Assembly: GCA_038874655.1 (NCBI GenBank)
Contig: JAVZBY010000006.1
Coordinates: 4,074-31,030, forward strand
Direction: 5' to 3'
DNA length: 26,957 bases
DNA from: Candidatus Woesearchaeota archaeon
Lineage (GTDB): Archaea > Nanobdellota > Nanobdellia > Woesearchaeales > GW2011-AR15
The position numbers and the translations under genes were made by a program. How positions within the stretch are numbered: position 1 is the first letter of the stretch; each line of letters begins with the position of its first letter. Shown one piece after another: positions 1 through 8,474 of this stretch. The notes under the pieces are model-generated. The model ran no database searches. It saw only the letters and a program-made list of their open reading frames with translations, and had not been told where the DNA came from.

Positions 1-58
1 TACAATCCTTTGCTACTATTGCAACAGTTGTTGTTCCAGTTTTCATAATTTCTACCAT
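1..58 (-). CDS. psmB: Proteasome beta subunit, 5' end only (runs off the window)
   Basis: Not in the ORF track. The reverse strand from ATG 58 reads MVEIMKTGTTTVAIVAKDC: short propeptide plus the G/TTT autoprocessing motif. SD-like AAAGGTG lies upstream. Confidence 0.9.
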   Translation of the reverse strand, partial: MVEIMKTGTTTVAIVAKDC

Positions 59-287
59 ATTAACACCTTTCTTATAATTTTATAAGCTTTTTTTATTTAT
101 TTCTTTATTGATCTTGCTTTATTAATATTAAATAGTTAGAGTTTAAAATCATTTTAAAATCCCAAGAAAACTCATTAAATAGTTGAAATGACTGAAAATA
201 TATAAAGTTTTTGGTTAAATATTAATTTTAGTTAACAACTAATAAAAAATCTATAAATATCATAAAAAAATATAATATGTAAAAATA

Positions 288-295
288 TTTATAAA
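288..295 (+). promoter_or_regulatory. TATA box of secF-secD (probably leaderless transcript)
   Basis: TTTATAAA preceded by an A-rich BRE-like stretch, 23 nt before ATG 319; no SD. Confidence 0.55.
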
Positions 296-318
296 GAAAT
301 ATTTGTTTCTAAAAAATA

Positions 319-1281
319 ATGCAGAAAAATTCAAGTAAAAAAGAACACAATCAAGAAAAAAACGAAAAAACAAGTGAAAAAAAAAATAAAAAAATAAAGG
401 AATTATTGAAAGATTTCTATATTAAGGAATATAAAAAATTATTTTTAATTCTTGTTGTATTGATTATTTTTTCAATATTTACATTAATTTCAACTTACAG
501 AGAAGTCGGAGATTTTACAAGAAAAGATGTTTCTTTGAAAGGAGGCATTTCAATAAGTATAAACAAATATAATAATTATAATATAAAAGACATAGAACAA
601 TATTTAAGTGAAAAATTCCCAAAATCTTCTATTAATATAAGAACAATTGAATCTGGCGGACAAATAAAAGGCATTATTATTGAAGCTAGTGATGTAGAAA
701 AAGATTCATTAATCAATGAGATAGAAACAAAAATAGGAAAATTAAATCCTGATCAATACAGCGTAGAAACCATGGGCTCTTCTTTAGGAGAAAGCTTCTT
801 TAAACAAATGTTTGTTGCTTTGGCTATTGCTTTTTTAGGCATGTCCTTAGTATTTCACTTATATTTTAAAAATTATTATGCTACATTTGCTGCTATTTTA
901 AGTGCATTCTTAGATTTATTTATAACATTGGGGATTATGAATTTTTTACAAATAAGATTAACTGCTGGAGGAATTGCTGCATATTTAATGCTAATAGGAT
1001 ATTCTGTTGATACAAGCATATTATTATCAACAAAAGTATTGAAGGAAAAAAGCAAAGATTTAAAGGGTATTTTTGAAGCAATGAAAACAGGTTTAACAAT
1101 GTCTGCTGCAGGATTAGCTGCAATGGGATTATCCTTTTTATTGACAAATAATGAAGCATTAAAACAAATCATGCTTATTTTAGTTGTAGGTTTATTCATG
1201 GATATTATTACAACATGGATAGGCAATGTTACATTTTTAAGAATTTATCTTGAGAGAAAAAACAAAACAAAAACAGATTAA
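319..1281 (+). CDS. secF: Protein translocase subunit SecF
   Basis: DVSLKGG motif after TM1, MGSSLGESF, GYSVDT helix, about 6 TM segments; directly upstream of secD. Confidence 0.93.
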   Translation: MQKNSSKKEHNQEKNEKTSEKKNKKIKELLKDFYIKEYKKLFLILVVLIIFSIFTLISTYREVGDFTRKDVSLKGGISISINKYNNYNIKDIEQYLSEKFPKSSINIRTIESGGQIKGIIIEASDVEKDSLINEIETKIGKLNPDQYSVETMGSSLGESFFKQMFVALAIAFLGMSLVFHLYFKNYYATFAAILSAFLDLFITLGIMNFLQIRLTAGGIAAYLMLIGYSVDTSILLSTKVLKEKSKDLKGIFEAMKTGLTMSAAGLAAMGLSFLLTNNEALKQIMLILVVGLFMDIITTWIGNVTFLRIYLERKNKTKTD

Positions 1282-1314
1282 AAATAAAATAAAAATTAAA
1301 ATTAAAAGATAAAA

Positions 1315-2922
1315 ATGTCAAAATTAAAAAAAATATTTTCAAATACTAGAATTTGGATATACATAGTATTTCTTTTATTAACAATAATAGCAATTTCACC
1401 TAATCCTTTTGCTTCTGGTGTTGCAATAAGAACAGTAAAACAAAATAGCTCTGCTAATTTAGCTGGCTTAATTTCACCAAGTCCTTATGATGTTCCTACA
1501 AGCAGAGAAAGAATAATTAAAATAAACAATCTGCCTGTTAAAGATGTAAGAGATTATGAAAACATTTTATCAAATATCCCAGAAAATACAACTATAACAA
1601 TTGAAACTGAAAAATCAAAATTCTGGTTTTTTAGTACAAAAAAATTCTATACCCTGAATTATTTAGACAAAGAAAAATTAGGTTTAAAGGTATATGATGC
1701 TCCAAAAAGTAATATTTTACTAGGATTAGATTTACAGGGAGGAACTAGAGTTGTATTAAAACCTGAAACGAAATTGAACCAACAGGATATGGACTTTTTA
1801 TTAAGCAATATGCAAGAAAGGCTTAATTTATTTGGATTAAGTGATACTGTTATAAGACAAGCAAATGACTTAGCAGGCAATCAATTTATCATTGTTGAAA
1901 TAGCAGGCATTAATGAAGAAGAAGTTAATGAATTAATAGCAAAACAAGGAAAATTTGAAGCAAAAATTGCTAATGAAACAATTTTTGTTGGTGGAAAGGA
2001 CATTACCTATGTTTGTAGAACATCTGAATGCTCTGGCATAGATCCTCAATTTGGTTGTAGGCAGTATGCTGAAGGATACTATTGTAGGTTTAGATTTTCT
2101 ATAAAATTAACTCAAGAAGCTGCCCAAAGACAAGCTGATGCAACAAGTAAATTAGATGTTGTTTATGATAACACTGGCAATTCTTATCTATCTCAAAATA
2201 TTGAGTTATTTTTAGATGATAGTTTAGTTGATTCATTAAGAATCGGCTCTGAGCTTAAAGGCAATCCAACAACAGATATTCAAATTTCTGGAACAGGATT
2301 CGGACAAAACAGACAAGAAGCATTAACAGATGCCCAAAGAAATATGAAAAGATTACAAACAATCTTAGTTACTGGAAGTTTACCTGTCAAACTAGAAATA
2401 ATAAAAACTGACTCATTATCTCCTTCATTGGGAAAAGAATTTTTAACAAATGCTGTTTACATTGCTCTTTTATCTGAATTAGCTGTTGTTTTAATAGTTA
2501 TTTTGAGATATAGAAAAGTCAAAATTGCAATTCCAATAATAACTGTTATAACATCTGAGATATTGCTAATTTTAGGGATTTCCTCACTCTTAAAACAGAA
2601 TATAGATATATCTGGAATTGCTGGAATTATTGTTGCTATTGGCACAGGTGTAGATGATCAAATAGTTATTACTGATGAAATACTTTCAAAGAAAAACGAG
2701 GAAGAGAGATATTTATCATTTAAAGACAGATTAAAAAAAGCATTTTTTATTGTTATGGCATCTTATTTTGCAACAATCGCTTCAATGATACCTTTATTAT
2801 TTGCAGGAGCAGGCTTATTAAAAGGCTTTGCCATAACAACAATAATAGGCGTCACTAATGGAGTTTTAATCACAAGACCAGCATTTGCAGAAATGATGAA
2901 AATACTATTAGAGGAGGATTAA
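1315..2922 (+). CDS. secD: Protein translocase subunit SecD with an N-terminal PDZ-like domain
   Basis: LGLDLQGG, TGSLPV, LSPSLGKEF, GTGVDDQIVITDE, LKGFAITTIIG and ITRP motifs. Confidence 0.95.
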   Translation: MSKLKKIFSNTRIWIYIVFLLLTIIAISPNPFASGVAIRTVKQNSSANLAGLISPSPYDVPTSRERIIKINNLPVKDVRDYENILSNIPENTTITIETEKSKFWFFSTKKFYTLNYLDKEKLGLKVYDAPKSNILLGLDLQGGTRVVLKPETKLNQQDMDFLLSNMQERLNLFGLSDTVIRQANDLAGNQFIIVEIAGINEEEVNELIAKQGKFEAKIANETIFVGGKDITYVCRTSECSGIDPQFGCRQYAEGYYCRFRFSIKLTQEAAQRQADATSKLDVVYDNTGNSYLSQNIELFLDDSLVDSLRIGSELKGNPTTDIQISGTGFGQNRQEALTDAQRNMKRLQTILVTGSLPVKLEIIKTDSLSPSLGKEFLTNAVYIALLSELAVVLIVILRYRKVKIAIPIITVITSEILLILGISSLLKQNIDISGIAGIIVAIGTGVDDQIVITDEILSKKNEEERYLSFKDRLKKAFFIVMASYFATIASMIPLLFAGAGLLKGFAITTIIGVTNGVLITRPAFAEMMKILLEED

Positions 2923-2942
2923 GTTTATAAGAATTCTTATAA

Positions 2943-3500
2943 CTAAGCTCTTCCTTTGCTTTCTCCAAAAATTAATCCCTGTCCAATTAAATGTGAAACT
3001 CTAATTGCTTCTGGAATTTCTGAATTACTTTTTGATATTAAAATTAATTCTTCAGCATCCTTTTTTTCAATACCATAAAATTGATAATGTAATTTTCCTA
3101 AATTAAAAATATTGCCTGCTTTTTCAATTAATTTTATTTTTTCTTTCATATTTATTTTTATTAAAGTAAATTTTATTTTTTCCAAATTAGGATAATTTCT
3201 CATAATAACAATAACAGGAATCTTTGTTTTTTCATATAACTCTTGTATATCAACTACATTAAAGCCACCAACTGCAATTCCATCTAAGAAAATAACTTTT
3301 AATTGTTTTTTGAATTTTGAATTGTTTATCATAAAAGCAATTTTTTCAGTGGCATCATCTCCGTCAATTTTAACTTTGCAAGAAATAACACCATCTAAAA
3401 TTTTAGAACCTCTAAATATTGTGCCTATAACATAAACAAAATTATCTTTTTTAGTATGAGGACAATCATCAATTCCAATAACTCTAATCTCTCGTTTCAT
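2943..3500 (-). CDS. DUF99/UPF0215 family protein (endonuclease V-like fold)
   Basis: VIGIDD, DGDDAT, FLDGIAVGGFNVVD and IPEAIRVSHLIG motifs. Confidence 0.88.
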   Translation of the reverse strand: MKREIRVIGIDDCPHTKKDNFVYVIGTIFRGSKILDGVISCKVKIDGDDATEKIAFMINNSKFKKQLKVIFLDGIAVGGFNVVDIQELYEKTKIPVIVIMRNYPNLEKIKFTLIKINMKEKIKLIEKAGNIFNLGKLHYQFYGIEKKDAEELILISKSNSEIPEAIRVSHLIGQGLIFGESKGRA

Positions 3501-3544
3501 AAAAATATAATAATAGGACTTTTCTTAAATTTTTTTCCTAATTT

Positions 3545-4288
3545 TTAATCTTTTATTTTTCTGACAAAAGTTAAAAAACCAGAATGTCCTATTCCTTTTG
3601 AAAAAGGCCTTACTTTTCTTTTATTAATTTCCCATTCTCTTTCAATTACTTCAGATGTTTTTAAAAAAATAAAATTTGATTTATTTTTTACAGATTCAAC
3701 AAAATCAATCACTTGCGGAATTGTTGGACTATAAGATACTAGAAAACCTCCTATCTTTAAAGAATTATTAGCTATATTCAAAAACTCCCATGGATCTGGT
3801 AAATCTAAAATAATTGCATCAACATTTTCTTCATCAAAACCTAATTTTCCATCTTTTAATTTTAAAATATAATTATCTAATTCTAATAAATCAATGTTGC
3901 TTTTAACAATTTTAAAAAAATCATCTCTAATTTCATATGAATAAACCTTTTTACATATTTTTGACAAAAAACAACCTAATGCTCCTGAACCTGAACCACA
4001 CTCAATAACAATGGAATCTTTATTTAAACCTATTTCTGTTATTATCAATCCAATATCTTTTTTTGGAATTATTTGAGCTCCTCGTTTTATTTTACTATAA
4101 ATATCAATGAAATCAGCTTCTATAACAAACAACTCTTTATTCATATTTGTTTTTAATATGTCTCCAGATTTTGCTTTTTTTAATTGTTCAGATTTTAAAA
4201 AACCAAATTCACAATGAAAATCTTTACTTAAATCTTTTAAAAGATACTTTTTTTCATTATCATATATTAAAATCAACATTTTTTTCAT
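3545..4288 (-). CDS. trmI: tRNA (adenine-57/58-N1)-methyltransferase
   Basis: RGAQIIPKKD, SAM loop ECGSGSG, SYE, LDLPDPW and GHSGFL motifs. Confidence 0.92.
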   Translation of the reverse strand: MKKMLILIYDNEKKYLLKDLSKDFHCEFGFLKSEQLKKAKSGDILKTNMNKELFVIEADFIDIYSKIKRGAQIIPKKDIGLIITEIGLNKDSIVIECGSGSGALGCFLSKICKKVYSYEIRDDFFKIVKSNIDLLELDNYILKLKDGKLGFDEENVDAIILDLPDPWEFLNIANNSLKIGGFLVSYSPTIPQVIDFVESVKNKSNFIFLKTSEVIEREWEINKRKVRPFSKGIGHSGFLTFVRKIKD

Positions 4289-4339
4289 AATCTCATCTTT
4301 TCATAATATATTTATAGTCTAATTTTATTATAACTTTAA

Positions 4340-5101
4340 TTATTCATTAATTTTTTTAAAATATTCTTTTACTGTTTCTTTATATTCTTCTGGAATTTTT
4401 TCTTGATAAACCTCTTGTGATGCTGATTGTATCTCTTCTGGCAATTTTGAACCATAATCACTTTTTTCTGGCTCTTTAACATTTTTTATGTCCAGTTCTG
4501 TATTATAAGTATCAACAGATATGTTTAATTCATTTTTTCCTAAATCAATCAATTTAGGTTTATCTAATTTTTCTCTGTTTTTTATCTCTTCTCTATATTC
4601 ATCAAAAACATTTGGTAAAAACTTAGATACAAAATCACTTCTTTGAATTGTACTTTTAATTAAAAAAGTATCAAAACCTAAATAAGAGAAATATAAAGTT
4701 ATTAACAACATAGAAATTATTACAAAAGTTTTTATTGCTATTTTTTTAGGTTCAAAAAAAGCATTTGCATCAACCTTTTTCATATACCCCATAATATCCA
4801 TATGCAAATCATTAATAATTGTATTACTTTTATCTTGATATTCATAAGAAGTTCTCAACTTTTCATTTAAATTAGGATATTTTTTTTCTAATAAAATTAT
4901 TTTATTTTGTGTAATCTTTAAAAAGAGACTTCTAATAAAAAATAATATTGATGCTATAACAGCAATTTTAACATCTAACCTTATAAAGAAAGTTAAAAAA
5001 TATCCTATTGAAAACATAGCAATTGCACTCAATAAAGCATCAAAAAAATTCAAAATTAAAGATACTACCAATAATTCTCTATATAAATTTTTTATGTTCA
5101 T
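4340..5101 (-). CDS. Membrane protein of the MoxR/vWA cluster (compact DUF4175-like)
   Basis: Three TM segments; LEKKYPNLNEKLRTSYE after TM2 and C-terminal IPEEYKETVKEYF resemble motifs of DUF4175-like proteins in MoxR/vWA operons. Confidence 0.6.
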   Translation of the reverse strand: MNIKNLYRELLVVSLILNFFDALLSAIAMFSIGYFLTFFIRLDVKIAVIASILFFIRSLFLKITQNKIILLEKKYPNLNEKLRTSYEYQDKSNTIINDLHMDIMGYMKKVDANAFFEPKKIAIKTFVIISMLLITLYFSYLGFDTFLIKSTIQRSDFVSKFLPNVFDEYREEIKNREKLDKPKLIDLGKNELNISVDTYNTELDIKNVKEPEKSDYGSKLPEEIQSASQEVYQEKIPEEYKETVKEYFKKINE

Positions 5102-5165
5102 TTTAAATCAAAAATAAAATTTAAAAAAATTATTTATTAAACACGCAAATTAAAATTACATAATT

Positions 5166-5687
5166 TTATCTATAATTTCTACATTCTGAAATATTTAAAG
5201 ATGATGCTTTTTTACAAACATCTTTTATATCCTCTAAAACATTATAATAAGTTCTATTTAAATTACTATATTGTGTTTTTAATGTCTCAAAATCATTATT
5301 TAATTTATTTAATTCAAATTTCACATTAAATAATTCTTTTTCAGTTTGATTAATCTTTTTCAATAAACTTATTTTTTCTATTTCCAGTTTTTCTTTATTA
5401 TCCTTTAATTCTGTATAAAGATTACTTAAATTCTGCTCTCTTAATAATTGTAATTCAAATTTTTCATTCAAAACAGATAAATTAGAATTTAACTGAGATA
5501 AAGTTTTTGTTAAAACACTTATTTTATTATCTCTATCAATAATTTTATCATTTAATTTAGTTAATGCTTTTTGATATAAAACAGCTGTGGCTGCAAAAAC
5601 TATAATCACAAAAAGCAATAAAAAAAATATTATTAATGTTGGACTTCTTTTCAAATATGACATACTAACACCCTTAAAAACATACAT
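5166..5687 (-). CDS. Membrane-anchored coiled-coil protein
   Basis: N-terminal hydrophobic helix, long heptad pattern, several NxS/T sequons and two C-terminal Cys. The second Met (MSYLK) is an alternative start. Confidence 0.7.
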   Translation of the reverse strand: MYVFKGVSMSYLKRSPTLIIFFLLLFVIIVFAATAVLYQKALTKLNDKIIDRDNKISVLTKTLSQLNSNLSVLNEKFELQLLREQNLSNLYTELKDNKEKLEIEKISLLKKINQTEKELFNVKFELNKLNNDFETLKTQYSNLNRTYYNVLEDIKDVCKKASSLNISECRNYR

Positions 5688-5828
5688 AAAATAATAATAT
5701 AATAAAATATTCTTTAATATTTTTAAATTTTTATAATTTTATATTTTTATCCATATATTTTTTTGTATTTTGAAAAATAAAAATATTTAACTACACTGAA
5801 AAAACATAAATCCATACATTCAACTCAC

Positions 5829-8474
5829 TTAATCTAATTTCTTTGAATATTGAATCTCAAATAATCTCCTAACAAATATCTCCATTAAATATGTAAGTAT
5901 CGCTAATATCAAAAATAAATTTTGTATTGGAATTATCTTTGTTGTGTGTATTATTCCCTTTGATTTAATGTCATCTAAAATAAGATTATTATCCTCAATT
6001 AAAATGCCTCCTGAAATTTGTGTTATTTTTTCTAATTCTTCATTAAATCCTAAATTAAGATATTCTTTTCTATAATTTACTGCATAAAGATTATCAAAGA
6101 TTTTAATTAAGCCTGTTTCATTGAAATAAATATTTGATTTAAAAAGTCCTTTTCTAATTTCATATAACTTTAAAGATCCTGTATTTTCTGTAATTGTATT
6201 TTCTTTATTAGTTTCATGGCTTTTAAAATTATAAGTTAATTCATTGCTATTTAATTTTTCATTTAATTTTATTGAATCATCAATCTTTATTGTGATTTCA
6301 TTATTTTCATTTGCCCTTAACTCTGGAACATTTATAATTAGTTTATTTTTCCTTTCAGGATCTTCAATAAGCCAATTCATGGTTTTTACTAAAACCTTTG
6401 AACCTTTTAACGAAAATAAATCAGGAGCCCATTCATCATATGTAGTTAATGACGCAACTCTTCCTAAGCCAAAGTTCCAAATTGTCAATATAGGATCTCC
6501 TTTAGAACTCGTCAATAATAATCTAGCATTTTCTTTTGGATAAACACTATTAAAACCATATAGTTTTCCCAAATCATTTAGATCTTTCGTAATAAAATGA
6601 TTGGAATCATAAACAAAGACTTTTAATTCATCTGTATTCTCATTAGGATCGCCAAAATATAACTTTATTTTTGAATTTTCTGTAATTTTAAAATACTCGC
6701 CATTACCTTTATCTTTTAATGCTTTAAGATATTGCTCATCAGCTTTTTCACCAACACCAATAACAAAAGTTTTTATATTATCTTGGGCTGCTTTCTCTGC
6801 TAATTTTAAAGTAACCTCTTGGTCTAAAGCATATTTATTTTCTTGAATAAATTTTTCATCTCTAAATAACCCATCTGTAATTATAACAATATTTTTACTT
6901 CCTTTTGTTAATCTGAGCATTTCATAAGCATTTTGATATGCAAATCTTAACTCTGAAATTCCTTTTGGTTTTAATAATGCTATTTCATTTATTAGTTCTG
7001 ATTTTTTTGGACCTAATTCTGATAAACCTGATATAGTATTTAAATAATAATTTGCTTCTATCACAGCAACTTTATTAGTATTGCTTATACTTTTTATTAA
7101 ATCTGCTGTCATTGTTTTTTGTACATCAAATTGTGTAATGCCAGGGCTTAATTCTTCAACAGCAGATACACCAGAATCAAACAATATAACTATATTTGTT
7201 ATATCTTTTTTCTTGTTTGCTTTTCCAACTGATACAGGCAAAATATTCATTAACAAAGATTTATTATAATCTGCCCAGTCATAAGAATTTTTTCCACCTA
7301 TTACAAAAAGACCATTACCATCAACAACAAAATTTTCTAAATTATCAATATCTTTATCACTCAAAACATTTGAATGAATATCATTTAAAATTATTGCATA
7401 ATATTTGTATAATTCTTTTTTATCTTCTGGCAATTTTTGTTTTACATCAAGCTCATATAATTCTTTGAAAATTTTTTCAAAACTAGAATCCATAGAATTT
7501 GATATCATTAAAACCTTTGGTTTTTCATAAACATTTATGGTTTTATAATAAACATTATTTTCTTTAAAAACATCATCTTCATCTAATCTATTTTTATCTA
7601 AATTATTTTTATTATCATTACCACTTCTATCTTTATCTGTTTGAATAATAGCTTTAATAATATGATTTCCTGAGTCAAATGATTTTTTCAATTCATATTT
7701 GTCTGTTTTTCCTGTAAAAATAAGTTGCTCATCCAAATAAACATTCAAAGTTATAGGGTTATTGTTTAAGGGGGTTTTTTTCACACTATTAACCTTTATT
7801 AAAAAAGTATTCTCGCTATTTCTAACAACTTTATCTGGGCCATCTATTACAACAGAATAATCATTATAATCTGGTTTTAATTTTAATGCAAATATTTTTG
7901 ATTTTATATTATTACTAAACAAAGCAACATCATTTAAAGAAACTCCAAAATTATTTTGCCCATCTGTAATTACCAAAACATTTTCTTCTGGTTTTAAATT
8001 ATTCAAAATAGCATTTCCAATAGCACTTTCTTTTAATCCTAAATATTTAACTTCTAAATTTATTGATTTATTCAAATTCTTTAATGTTTCATTAATTAAA
8101 GTTAAATCATAAATCTTCATTGATTCTGAGTCATCTATCAAAACTTTTAGTTTTGTCATTGTTTCATTTGAAATTGGCTTTTCAATATAGGGATAACTCA
8201 ATGCTAGAAGTAATAAAGTAAAAAATATAACCCTAAAAACAAATATAGTAAATTTTAAACCCCTTTTTTTAATTAAGAGATTTTTTTCATTAACAAATTT
8301 TTTTCTTAACAAAAATATCAAAAATAAAATTAATAAAACTAAAAACCACAAAACATTTAATTGCTGAAATTTAATTTTATTAAAATTAAAAATTATATCT
8401 TTTAAATTTTCTATTAGTAAGTTAATTATGTAAAATGAATAAAAACTAAATAAATTGATAGACATTATTGACAT
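5829..8474 (-). CDS. Membrane-anchored double-vWA / GATase1-like domain protein
   Basis: N-terminal TMs; vWA1 DDSES plus ITDG; Ig-like segment ending DVFKENN; GATase-like segment (LENFVVDGNGLFVIGG...ILPV, GLGRVASL); vWA2 DSGVS plus ITDG; C-terminal TM ending EIFVRR. TAATG overlap with the upstream gene. Confidence 0.85.
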   Translation of the reverse strand: MSIMSINLFSFYSFYIINLLIENLKDIIFNFNKIKFQQLNVLWFLVLLILFLIFLLRKKFVNEKNLLIKKRGLKFTIFVFRVIFFTLLLLALSYPYIEKPISNETMTKLKVLIDDSESMKIYDLTLINETLKNLNKSINLEVKYLGLKESAIGNAILNNLKPEENVLVITDGQNNFGVSLNDVALFSNNIKSKIFALKLKPDYNDYSVVIDGPDKVVRNSENTFLIKVNSVKKTPLNNNPITLNVYLDEQLIFTGKTDKYELKKSFDSGNHIIKAIIQTDKDRSGNDNKNNLDKNRLDEDDVFKENNVYYKTINVYEKPKVLMISNSMDSSFEKIFKELYELDVKQKLPEDKKELYKYYAIILNDIHSNVLSDKDIDNLENFVVDGNGLFVIGGKNSYDWADYNKSLLMNILPVSVGKANKKKDITNIVILFDSGVSAVEELSPGITQFDVQKTMTADLIKSISNTNKVAVIEANYYLNTISGLSELGPKKSELINEIALLKPKGISELRFAYQNAYEMLRLTKGSKNIVIITDGLFRDEKFIQENKYALDQEVTLKLAEKAAQDNIKTFVIGVGEKADEQYLKALKDKGNGEYFKITENSKIKLYFGDPNENTDELKVFVYDSNHFITKDLNDLGKLYGFNSVYPKENARLLLTSSKGDPILTIWNFGLGRVASLTTYDEWAPDLFSLKGSKVLVKTMNWLIEDPERKNKLIINVPELRANENNEITIKIDDSIKLNEKLNSNELTYNFKSHETNKENTITENTGSLKLYEIRKGLFKSNIYFNETGLIKIFDNLYAVNYRKEYLNLGFNEELEKITQISGGILIEDNNLILDDIKSKGIIHTTKIIPIQNLFLILAILTYLMEIFVRRLFEIQYSKKLD

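Noticed and set aside
127-184. Direct repeat ATTAAATAGTT at 127-137 and 174-184
   Set aside because: Only two copies of an AT-rich 11-mer; not a CRISPR array and plausible by chance.
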